This document shows, piece by piece, positions 17,674-25,795 of a stretch of DNA of 64,000 nucleotides; within the stretch, counting starts at the first letter, position 1; each line of letters begins with the position of its first letter. The translations under genes and the position numbers were made by a program. Under the pieces are notes generated by a model. That model was not told where the DNA came from and did not search any database. It worked only from the letters and a program-made list of their open reading frames with translations. The stretch covers positions 12,472 through 76,471 of the IMG/VR virus record IMGVR_UViG_3300045988_090463; one strand, given 5' to 3'. The stretch comes from a virus.

Positions 17674-20600
17674 TATGCCGGGGACGGATTCATACGGTAA
17701 TCTGTATTATTTTGAGCTTTTGTGACAATTCGCGCCAGTTCACGTTCGTTCACCTTGATGCTGTTCATGATGTACTCTGGTGAAGAACCACCAAAGCCCC
17801 CATTGTTCATCAAAGCAGTAACTACTCCACGCTCGACAGCTTCCATGATCTCATCTTTCGTAAGCCCCATGTTGCCGTCATATCCAGACATGATGCTGTC
17901 GGCAATGGATTTCATGGCTTTACGATTTTCCAAAGGAAGAACGGCTTCCTGTCCTGCTTCGCCTACACCAATGACAGATGCATTTTTGAACAAACCACCT
18001 TTTGCATACCAGTTTACACCAGAATCCCATCTGTAGGACATACTATTGCCACTTGCGGATGCACTAGAATTCATGTAGATATGTGGTGTTTTGATATGGA
18101 CAGACTGCAATCCATTTGATAATTCTTGCGCTGCATTTCGACCGACATTGTACAGTCCGTTCAAACTTTTCGATATATTATTGGCAAGTCGAGTGAAATA
18201 TTTTGACATAGCTGGAACTTTGCTGCTGAGAACAGAATCCAGAGTATCAATAATTTGCCCCTTTCCGGTGATACGCTCTGCTGCTTTTTCCCATTTCTTT
18301 GTCATAGTATTATACTGTGATGAAAAATGGGATTCTACAGTTTTCTGCATTTCTCCCAGTTTCAAGTTGGCTGCTTGCTTCATTGAATCAAGGTTTTTGG
18401 AAACCTCTTTTGCAGAACTTCCCCATTGCGTTACAGTTGCCGTAGTGACTCCCTGCGAAGATTCAGTGGCTTTTGAATGAATTGCCTCATAATCGCTCAT
18501 GGCAGTACTCTTCATATGACCAGTAGCTTTTGTTACCGCACCTGCCGCATCATTGAAATCTCTGGTGGTATTCCATCTAATTTCTGATGTTTGCTTAGAC
18601 ACAGATTCTTTTGCGGTCTGAACTGCATCGGGGAATGTTTCTGCAAAAATCTTTGCAACAGATTCCGTATTCAATCCCATTTCTTTTGCGGTTGCCATGA
18701 TGTTTTCATAAGCTCCCTGAGCTGTGCCACTTGCATTAGGCATATCGTATAATGCGGTATTAAGTTGAGTCTGTTGGTCAGAATTTAATCCCAACTGAGT
18801 AGTTAACTTCGGAAGGACTTCTGCCAACTCATCAACAGAGTATTTGCTAAGATTGAGACTACCTGCCATATTCGTTGATTTATCACCTAATGTTTTGATA
18901 GATTCTGATAGAATATCAAACATATCATCCGTGATAAGTCCTTGCTGATACAAAGAAGAAAATGCCTGTTCTGCCTGATCTGATGTCACTCCCATTTCTC
19001 CGAGTTTGTCAATTATCTTCTGAGTTGCCGCAGATTGCTCTTCTGCTGTCATTCCTTCTTTTTCGAGAGATTCTTTCAAGTTCCAAATTTCCGTTGCAGA
19101 ACCAGATATTATGTCGCCACGTTGTTGTAATGTCTGAATGAAATTATCCATGGTATTGCCAAATGTGGTTCCTACTCCATTGCCGCCTTGCATACTTTCT
19201 ACCATACCGGCAATTTTAGAAGTTGCATAAACCGCCGCTGCACCTACACCAACAATTAATCCCGCTGTACCTACCAATGGTCCCAACTCTTTTGCCAGTG
19301 AAGCGAATTTCCCACCAGATGTTCCTGCCGCTTCGCCCAGTCCGTCAAGAACTTGTGTTGCTTCGGATGTTCCTTGTCCAAGAATACTGGATAATTTTTC
19401 GGCAATAATATCAGCGCTTTCTTTTGCCATGATTTTATCACCGATATGACCGATAAGTTTTCCGACAAGTGTTCCGATTCCTGTGATATCTGCGATTTTT
19501 ACAGCAACAAAAGCTGTTGTAAGACCGGCTGTGATCTTTCCGGACAATCCGCTTTCCCACAGTCCAGACATTGCTTCGCCAAATCCGCTTATAAGCAATT
19601 TGGCGGCTGTTGCAAGTAATTTTCCCCATGGAAGTTGCCCGATAAAATCGCCAATGCCTTCTCCAAGCTTTCTGAATGTATTAGGAGTTAATGCATCTGT
19701 CAGGGCATCGCATAAATGGCTAAGGAAGTCTCCGAGAGCCTTTCCATTCTCTTTCCAGTGCATATCGGATATAAATTTGGAAATCCCATCGCCAAGATTT
19801 TTAGTGAAGTCATCCCAATTGAATGTTGCTGTAAAGCTTGCAAGTGCTGTAAATGCGCCGTTTATTCCAGTTGTTAATGCACTAGCAATTTCTGTAAAAT
19901 TAATTTTCTCAAATACGCCATTAAGGGCATTTCCGATATTAATTCCGATTTCGTCATATTTAAGATTTGAAACAAAACCATAGAAAATGTGCCAGCTCTT
20001 CATAAAGTTATTACCAATCAAATTTCCAAGATTAGTCCAGTCAACTTCACGAGAAAGCCCCATGATGCCTTCTGCGAATTTCTTGCCAAGGTTTTTAAAA
20101 TTCGTTCCCTCAAGCAACTGATTGGCTGTATTAACTATTGTATTAATGCCGGCTCCTACTGTACGTCCCATCAAATCCCAGTTGATATTATCAACAAGGC
20201 TGTTGAAAGTCTGGGTGAACGCACTGGTAAATTTAGTGATGTAAGGGCCTACGTTATTCCAGTTAATGAAATCATAAAGCTTTTGCATCCCCCAGTTGAT
20301 GCCGTCAGCCATGATTTTTCCAAGACCTTTCCAGTCTTTTCTTTTAAAGGCATTTACAATGGCATCTGCCATTTCATTTGCCCTGTTGGACATCTTTTTA
20401 AAAGCTTCGTCCCATGCTTTTTGATATGCAGATAAAGCATCATCTAATGCAGCATCAAGCGCTGGAAGATGTGATGCGCCACCGCCAGAGCCAGAAGATG
20501 GATTACTTGTACTACCAGAATCAGAATTGTCATTAAGCTGATTCAGTTGGTCAAACGCAAGGACTGACAATGTTTTTTCGAGTTTTTTTGCGCTGGTATT

Positions 20601-22424
20601 GGCATTGTCAATCGCACCACTGGCATTATCCATATTATCTGCAATATCTCCAGTATCTACAGAAATACCACCAGTAGATGATACAAAGTTTGACAGTTTG
20701 ATTCCAAGCAATTTTGCAATATAAGCAAACATTCTTTGTAATGCGATTACGATTGCATTGATATACGGAAGAACTGTTTGCAGTATAGGAATGAATAAGG
20801 AACCTATTGTTCTACCAAGGGATGCAAAGTTAGCTTGAAGCATACGAATCTGATTTGCCGGTTGATTGATCGTGTTTGATAAATCAGCCCATGCATACTT
20901 AGAGTTGTTCAGCAAGATAATCGTTCTTAGAATCGTTTTATCTGCCTGAGACAAATTCGATATGCTGGTATTAATTCCAAGATTATATAGTTCCTGTTGC
21001 ATGTTGGCATTACGGATATTGATGCCGTACTTGTCCATTGCACGGCTCATACCAGTCAAGCCAGATGCCATGTCCTGCCATACATCCTCGAAGTCCATGT
21101 TTCGTACAGAAGCAAGGTCAGCACCAATCATAGTGAGTGCATTAGACAATTTTAAGGCAGTCTCTGATGTATCGCCCATAGATGATGCCATCTGTGCAAA
21201 TGTTGCCTGATACTGCATTGTCTTTTCTGGGTCAAGTCCAAGACTGGCGGTATTGGTTCTAGTCAGTTCGCCAGTATCTGAAATTTCGAATCCTGTCAGT
21301 TTCTGTGAAAGCTGTTTTGCTCTTTCTTGGAATGAATTTGCATACGCTTCAGCAGATTTTATGCCACTTTTCTTCCATTCGTCAGTGTCGATCCCTTCTG
21401 CCACCTGATTGAATGCAGAGTTGAAGTAGTTCAGCGTCTCTACATAGTTCATTGCGGATTCTACTGGCGATGTCAGAACATCTAATGCTCTTTTTGCGAG
21501 GAAACCTTTGGCGTAAAGAGCACTCAACTTATTTGTTACCGAACTCAGAGGATTTGACAATCTTCTTATTTTTTCGCCAGCTTCAGAAGATGCATTTCCA
21601 ATACCTGCGATTGCAGATACGGCTTTTCCGCCTAAAGAAATAGCTTTTGAAGCAAATTTTTGAAAAGCATTTGTCAGCCCATGGATTACAGTACTTGCTT
21701 TTGAACCTAACGAAGAAAGCGTGTTGAATGAATTCGAAACGCTATTTGTGGCACGCCCTACTTTACTTCCAGACGATGCTAATACTGCAAGTGCTTCTGT
21801 CATTCTTATTGTGCTCGAACTGATATCTGGTGCGCTTTTCATTGCGTCAAAAAACTTCAAAACCTCTTGTGCAAGAGTTGATAATTGACTTGCAGTCTTT
21901 CCAGTTTTATCTCCTGCACTAGCTAATTTTCCAAGAGAAGTAATAAAAGCATTGGTGGATGCTGATACCTCGCTCATAGAGCTTAATTTAGTGGCTGCAT
22001 TATTTAAACCTGTCGCAAGATTCGGAAGTTCCTTTGATACATTGCCGATATACTGTCCTGTACCGGCAAGTTTAGCTATAGCGGTTGTGAACCGGCTAAC
22101 GCTCGGAGAAACATCTGGAATAGCATCAAGTTTCTGCATCTCGGTAAGAATTTCGCCTAATTTCCCTGTATCAAACTGACTAAAATCAGATTTTCCAAGA
22201 CGATTGATAGCGTTTATAGCCGCATTCAATCCATTTGCTTTAAAATTCACACTACCTAAACTTTTTAAAGAATTGGAAAAATTATTTAACCGACTTATGT
22301 CAAGATTTCCAAGGGCAGTGTTTAATGTATCTAATTTTTTTACAAGGTTATTAATAGACCGTACCGCCTGAGTTGTGCTACTGCCTATTTGTATATTGAG
22401 GGTATCTATGGTATTATCGGCCAT
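17670..22424 (-). CDS. tape measure protein
   Basis: 1584 aa, helical and repeat-rich with Gly/Ala-rich TM-like segments. Lies downstream of the chaperone pair. Confidence 0.9.
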   Translation of the reverse strand: MADNTIDTLNIQIGSSTTQAVRSINNLVKKLDTLNTALGNLDISRLNNFSNSLKSLGSVNFKANGLNAAINAINRLGKSDFSQFDTGKLGEILTEMQKLDAIPDVSPSVSRFTTAIAKLAGTGQYIGNVSKELPNLATGLNNAATKLSSMSEVSASTNAFITSLGKLASAGDKTGKTASQLSTLAQEVLKFFDAMKSAPDISSSTIRMTEALAVLASSGSKVGRATNSVSNSFNTLSSLGSKASTVIHGLTNAFQKFASKAISLGGKAVSAIAGIGNASSEAGEKIRRLSNPLSSVTNKLSALYAKGFLAKRALDVLTSPVESAMNYVETLNYFNSAFNQVAEGIDTDEWKKSGIKSAEAYANSFQERAKQLSQKLTGFEISDTGELTRTNTASLGLDPEKTMQYQATFAQMASSMGDTSETALKLSNALTMIGADLASVRNMDFEDVWQDMASGLTGMSRAMDKYGINIRNANMQQELYNLGINTSISNLSQADKTILRTIILLNNSKYAWADLSNTINQPANQIRMLQANFASLGRTIGSLFIPILQTVLPYINAIVIALQRMFAYIAKLLGIKLSNFVSSTGGISVDTGDIADNMDNASGAIDNANTSAKKLEKTLSVLAFDQLNQLNDNSDSGSTSNPSSGSGGGASHLPALDAALDDALSAYQKAWDEAFKKMSNRANEMADAIVNAFKRKDWKGLGKIMADGINWGMQKLYDFINWNNVGPYITKFTSAFTQTFNSLVDNINWDLMGRTVGAGINTIVNTANQLLEGTNFKNLGKKFAEGIMGLSREVDWTNLGNLIGNNFMKSWHIFYGFVSNLKYDEIGINIGNALNGVFEKINFTEIASALTTGINGAFTALASFTATFNWDDFTKNLGDGISKFISDMHWKENGKALGDFLSHLCDALTDALTPNTFRKLGEGIGDFIGQLPWGKLLATAAKLLISGFGEAMSGLWESGLSGKITAGLTTAFVAVKIADITGIGTLVGKLIGHIGDKIMAKESADIIAEKLSSILGQGTSEATQVLDGLGEAAGTSGGKFASLAKELGPLVGTAGLIVGVGAAAVYATSKIAGMVESMQGGNGVGTTFGNTMDNFIQTLQQRGDIISGSATEIWNLKESLEKEGMTAEEQSAATQKIIDKLGEMGVTSDQAEQAFSSLYQQGLITDDMFDILSESIKTLGDKSTNMAGSLNLSKYSVDELAEVLPKLTTQLGLNSDQQTQLNTALYDMPNASGTAQGAYENIMATAKEMGLNTESVAKIFAETFPDAVQTAKESVSKQTSEIRWNTTRDFNDAAGAVTKATGHMKSTAMSDYEAIHSKATESSQGVTTATVTQWGSSAKEVSKNLDSMKQAANLKLGEMQKTVESHFSSQYNTMTKKWEKAAERITGKGQIIDTLDSVLSSKVPAMSKYFTRLANNISKSLNGLYNVGRNAAQELSNGLQSVHIKTPHIYMNSSASASGNSMSYRWDSGVNWYAKGGLFKNASVIGVGEAGQEAVLPLENRKAMKSIADSIMSGYDGNMGLTKDEIMEAVERGVVTALMNNGGFGGSSPEYIMNSIKVNERELARIVTKAQNNTDYRMNPSPAY

Positions 22425-22444
22425 TAAAGCACCTCCTTTTAATC

Positions 22445-22486
22445 AAAAAAATAAAGGGCAGACAAGACTTTTAATCCTGCCTGCCC
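22445..22486 (-). terminator. hairpin plus U-run overlapping the end of the chaperone ORF, just upstream of the tape measure
   Basis: Minus sense GGGCAGGCA...UGUCUGCCC (one G:U pair) followed by UUUAUUUUUUU. Confidence 0.5.
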
Positions 22487-22833
22487 TCGTCATTATTACC
22501 ATGATTCAACTCAAAATTTGCTTGCATGAGTTGCAATGTCATGAGCAACCTGTCACGTTGCCGTTTCTTTTCTGCTTCAGAAAGATTCTCTTCATCCTCT
22601 TGCTTTTGCTTTTCAGCTGTTTGTGAAAATGGCTCTTTAAGGTATTCAGCCTTTGACTTTTTACCAATAAGCACATTTGCAACCGCAGTCTGAACTGCAC
22701 ACATTGTGTACATGTTGAACTGCCATGCTTCTGCATCTGATACTTTACGTTTCAAGTTGTAGGCTTCCATGTATGGTTCTAAATCATATGGTGTGGAATC
22801 CCAAAACTTTTCCTCAGAAACGCCAATAGACAA
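22471..22833 (-). CDS. tail assembly chaperone, frameshift-extension (T-like) ORF
   Basis: Its frame is open upstream to 22968 and lies at -1 relative to the G-like ORF. Confidence 0.6.
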   Translation of the reverse strand: MSIGVSEEKFWDSTPYDLEPYMEAYNLKRKVSDAEAWQFNMYTMCAVQTAVANVLIGKKSKAEYLKEPFSQTAEKQKQEDEENLSEAEKKRQRDRLLMTLQLMQANFELNHGNNDEGRQD

Positions 22834-22874
22834 ATAAAGTGGAAGTAGCTTTTTATGGACTACTTCAGGAAAGC

Positions 22875-23297
22875 TCAGCTCTTCTTCTTGTGATCCTGCG
22901 GAGTCTTCGGAAGTTTCTTTTCTTCCTCCGATTTCTCCTCCATTGCTTTTACCATTCCGGATAAAAAACCGTTCTTCTCAAGCTCCTTGCTTGCTTTTTC
23001 AAATAAAATGAATCCATTCTGAGGATTTTCCTCTGTGGATTCATCTTCGTAATCATCCAGAAGGTCACATACCTTTTCATATGCAACTTTCTTTTCCTCT
23101 TCGGTTTCATACCCAAATTCATCTTTGTGTTTTCTTTGCAGTCCTGCCAGAATCAGTTCTGGAAGCATTTTAATCATATCTTTCGGATTATTGATTGCCC
23201 CCATAGAAGACACCTGTGTAAGAATGTCCGACTGAGTAAGCACTCCGTATCCGAATTTTACTTTGTATGTTTTATCATTTACTGAGAAACTAAACAT
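22875..23297 (-). CDS. tail assembly chaperone (G-like)
   Basis: 140 aa, acidic C-terminus. Lies between the major tail and tape measure genes. Confidence 0.65.
   Translation of the reverse strand: MFSFSVNDKTYKVKFGYGVLTQSDILTQVSSMGAINNPKDMIKMLPELILAGLQRKHKDEFGYETEEEKKVAYEKVCDLLDDYEDESTEENPQNGFILFEKASKELEKNGFLSGMVKAMEEKSEEEKKLPKTPQDHKKKS
22962..22968 (-). promoter_or_regulatory. -1 programmed frameshift slippery heptamer T_TTT_TTA
   Basis: In the zero frame GG[T TTT TTA] (codons 110-112 of the G-like ORF). The -1 frame is open from there to 22471. Confidence 0.6.
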
Positions 23298-23321
23298 GAA
23301 TTATCCTCCCTGATCTACATC

Positions 23322-23801
23322 TTATTCAGCAGCCGCTGTCGGCTCAATTTTGGTATCCAGTCCCTTATATGTATTGATGATAAGAGAAATAGACATGGTT
23401 GCTGCTTCGTTCTGTGCAATTTCTGGCATTGGAATTTCGCGACCGCATTCCGCAATAACAAAGAATGCGTCGGACATATCCGGGAACGACACCTGAAACC
23501 AGGTTGCCAGTCCTGTAGTTTTTGCAGTCTTAGAATCTTCGTACAGTTTTTTAATCTGTTTAACAGATTTGTCTGGATCCATGATGAATTCAATTTCCCA
23601 TGTACCACCAGTATCCTGTCTACCAGCTGCATACTGAGTTATATAATCTTCCAGCGCAGAAACGTCAATCTGTTCTGTGTCAAGAGAAATACCGCCGATG
23701 GAAGAGGGTTCTTCCAGCTGTGTGAATTTGGTAGGTTTTGTGTCTTTCACGGTTTCAACGGCATATGAAAATTTCACACCAAGTGTAGTTAATCGTGCCA
23801 T
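23322..23801 (-). CDS. major tail protein
   Basis: 159 aa. Strong SD. Lies upstream of the chaperone pair. Confidence 0.65.
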   Translation of the reverse strand: MARLTTLGVKFSYAVETVKDTKPTKFTQLEEPSSIGGISLDTEQIDVSALEDYITQYAAGRQDTGGTWEIEFIMDPDKSVKQIKKLYEDSKTAKTTGLATWFQVSFPDMSDAFFVIAECGREIPMPEIAQNEAATMSISLIINTYKGLDTKIEPTAAAE

Positions 23802-23842
23802 TATTCGGCTCCTTTCTGCCTTTCGGCTATAAATTATTACAA

Positions 23843-23865
23843 TAAAAAAGAGCCTTAATGGCTCT
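23843..23865 (-). terminator. hairpin AGAGCC-AUUAA-GGCUCU plus UUUUUU upstream of the major tail gene
   Basis: Seen directly in the sequence. Confidence 0.5.
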
Positions 23866-23913
23866 GGTTCTAGTACGTAACCCTGTACCGGGAGATAAAA
23901 GGATCACCTCCTT

Positions 23914-24207
23914 CTAGTCTTCTTTGCTTGCCTGCTTTACGATCTGATTTACATAATTACTAAGTCCTGCAACGAGGATTCCCTGTGTGATTGCGGTAAA
24001 AATTGCCATTGCGATTTCCTGCGCGCCAGATATAGCGCATGTAGCAATAACATAAATTCCACAAATCAGAATGCCTAAAGCACCAAGGATTGCCGGGATA
24101 TATTTGTCCGGTATGACTTCGGACTTTTTAATACCCATTCCGATAAAGTACAGTACAACCGCAACAATAAGAAGTTCCGGTTTCACGTAATTCATAATCT
24201 GCTCCAT
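23914..24207 (-). CDS. holin-like membrane protein (three TM segments)
   Basis: 97 aa. KPELLIVAVVLYFIGMGIKK...IPAILGALGILICGIYV...ITQGILVAGLSNYVNQIVKQ with a charged C-terminus. Confidence 0.55.
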   Translation of the reverse strand: MEQIMNYVKPELLIVAVVLYFIGMGIKKSEVIPDKYIPAILGALGILICGIYVIATCAISGAQEIAMAIFTAITQGILVAGLSNYVNQIVKQASKED

Positions 24208-24224
24208 ATTTTCTCACTCCTTTC

Positions 24225-24626
24225 CTAGAGTAATGTACCGGTATAAATCCGGCTATATCTGCTAACAACACGTTTTATGCTGTTATCAGCATTATTCTGT
24301 CTTACAGGCCCGTATATCCTACGAAACCCCATGTCAACCATGGCCTTGTGGCTGGCATCGTCAATTTCATATACTTTTGAAGAAGCTTTTGAACCAGTCG
24401 CATAGGATTCTGATTGGAAAGATGGTGTTGTCGCGCACTCATCCCCCTCAAGATTGCCACGTGATGTTGGATTTCCAAGCAAGAACAAACGTGCGTAAAC
24501 CCTTTTGTTTGAAGCTATCGTCTGACTTTCGTCATTAGAAAAGTTCCCTTTTCCTATAACGGGTTCAATAGTTGTTTTCCATCGTTCAAATACGTCTGAA
24601 ACTGGATTTTTCACTACATCTGGCAT
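24225..24626 (-). CDS. hypothetical neck/tail-completion protein
   Basis: Start MPDVVKN after AAGGTGGTG. The ORF-track N-terminal extension covers the terminator and box. Confidence 0.35.
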   Translation of the reverse strand: MPDVVKNPVSDVFERWKTTIEPVIGKGNFSNDESQTIASNKRVYARLFLLGNPTSRGNLEGDECATTPSFQSESYATGSKASSKVYEIDDASHKAMVDMGFRRIYGPVRQNNADNSIKRVVSRYSRIYTGTLL

Positions 24627-24652
24627 CTCTGTCACCACCTTGTTTTGAGCAT

Positions 24653-24684
24653 AGAAAAAGCACCCACCATTCCGGTAGATGCTT
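24653..24684 (-). terminator. hairpin plus U-tract downstream of box B
   Basis: Minus sense AGCAUCUACC-GGAAU-GGUGGGUGCU (two G:U pairs) followed by UUUUU. Confidence 0.6.
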
Positions 24685-24695
24685 TTATATCTTAC

Positions 24696-24739
24696 AGTAT
24701 ACATAAAACAGACGTTATATTCAGTAAGAAAAGGTGTTA
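24696..24739 (-). promoter_or_regulatory. conserved late-region box B plus TGTATACT
   Basis: The 26-nt box at 24714-24739 is identical to 36710-36735. The extended -10-like element lies 13 nt beyond it. Confidence 0.5.
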
Positions 24740-24744
24740 TGTTT

Positions 24745-25263
24745 TTATGCAGAAAACACTTCTTTTGCTATTCTGCGGATATTTTGCATAATTTCTACGC
24801 TTGCTTTGTACACGGGCATTGTAGCCTCCGTACCGTAAGAACGTACCCATTCGCCAGAATCAGAGACATATACCCACGATTCATTTTCTCCTTTACCCTG
24901 TCCGTAAGAACCAATAGTATATCCAAATTCTTCTCCTTTTGGATGGGGGCTTGTTCCTGCCGGAGTGTTGTACGAAATACCTGCACCGAATTCTATGAAT
25001 AAAAGCCCAGAACCCTCGCACACAAGAGTTGCCTGCGCGTAATTTCCGAACCTGTTGATTTTGATGTAGGTATTGTGGTTTTTATCAGAATCTCCCTGTG
25101 CCAACATAATATTTTCGTCTATGACAGGAATTCCCAATTCGCAAAGTCTTTTAAGAAATACTTCATTTTTATCGCGAAGGCTGTTTTGATATGCTTTCAA
25201 CTCTTTGATTGCATTTCCAATAGATTTTTGACTCAGATTGCATTTGATTACTCGTCCGCTCAT
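24745..25263 (-). CDS. neck / head-tail joining protein (HK97 gp10-like position)
   Basis: 172 aa. Call rests on position. Overlaps the upstream gene by 4 nt. Confidence 0.4.
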   Translation of the reverse strand: MSGRVIKCNLSQKSIGNAIKELKAYQNSLRDKNEVFLKRLCELGIPVIDENIMLAQGDSDKNHNTYIKINRFGNYAQATLVCEGSGLLFIEFGAGISYNTPAGTSPHPKGEEFGYTIGSYGQGKGENESWVYVSDSGEWVRSYGTEATMPVYKASVEIMQNIRRIAKEVFSA

Positions 25264-25646
25264 TCTTCTGCACCTATCTTTTTAATTCCATATCTAGCCA
25301 GATTTCCTCTTTGCGTATCAAGAATTTTCTTCAAACGGTAATCTGGCGGTGTTGTAGGAATACCATCTTCCAGAACCAGATTTCCCAATGTGTCAACCTG
25401 TGGCACGGTATCAATCCAAAATACATCTCCCTCTTGCGGATGAAAAGAACGGTTAAAGGAAGTAATGTATCTGTCGTAATCCGGCACGATTCCTGCCGAT
25501 ATTTCCTCTGGTGTTCCTGCGGTAGATGATACAGAAAACTTAAAGCTTTGCGGTTGACTGTATGTCGGTACGGTATCTATTCCCTCAAGTGTTTCGGTTA
25601 CTCTTGACCAGTACACGGTCTGTTTCTGTCTTTTTAATCCTCTCAT
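25260..25646 (-). CDS. head-closure / head-tail adaptor protein
   Basis: Start MRGLKRQKQTVYW. Call rests on position. Confidence 0.4.
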   Translation of the reverse strand: MRGLKRQKQTVYWSRVTETLEGIDTVPTYSQPQSFKFSVSSTAGTPEEISAGIVPDYDRYITSFNRSFHPQEGDVFWIDTVPQVDTLGNLVLEDGIPTTPPDYRLKKILDTQRGNLARYGIKKIGAEE

Positions 25647-25795
25647 AATACTTTCTCCAATGCAAAAAAAGGAGAACATTTCTGCTCTCTCCTAAATGGT
25701 TGATTGTTTATTTTATTTCAGTTTCGCTCTGCATTTCTTCAGATTTATCCATATCAGAATCTGCATTGTGGTTCGCTACATTTAGCCCTCTTTAG

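Noticed and set aside
17722-22179. Many 60-170-aa ORFs antisense to or out of frame within the tape-measure gene, with similar cases inside the tail-tip, portal, terL and recombinase genes.
   Set aside because: They are fully nested in long, well-supported genes, lack an SD and have biased composition typical of shadow ORFs.
23901-23913. GGATCACCTCCTT considered as a fragment of a 16S rRNA gene.
   Set aside because: Only 13 nt match the rRNA 3' end and the flanks are unrelated phage intergenic sequence. It is a strong SD on the opposite (coding) strand.
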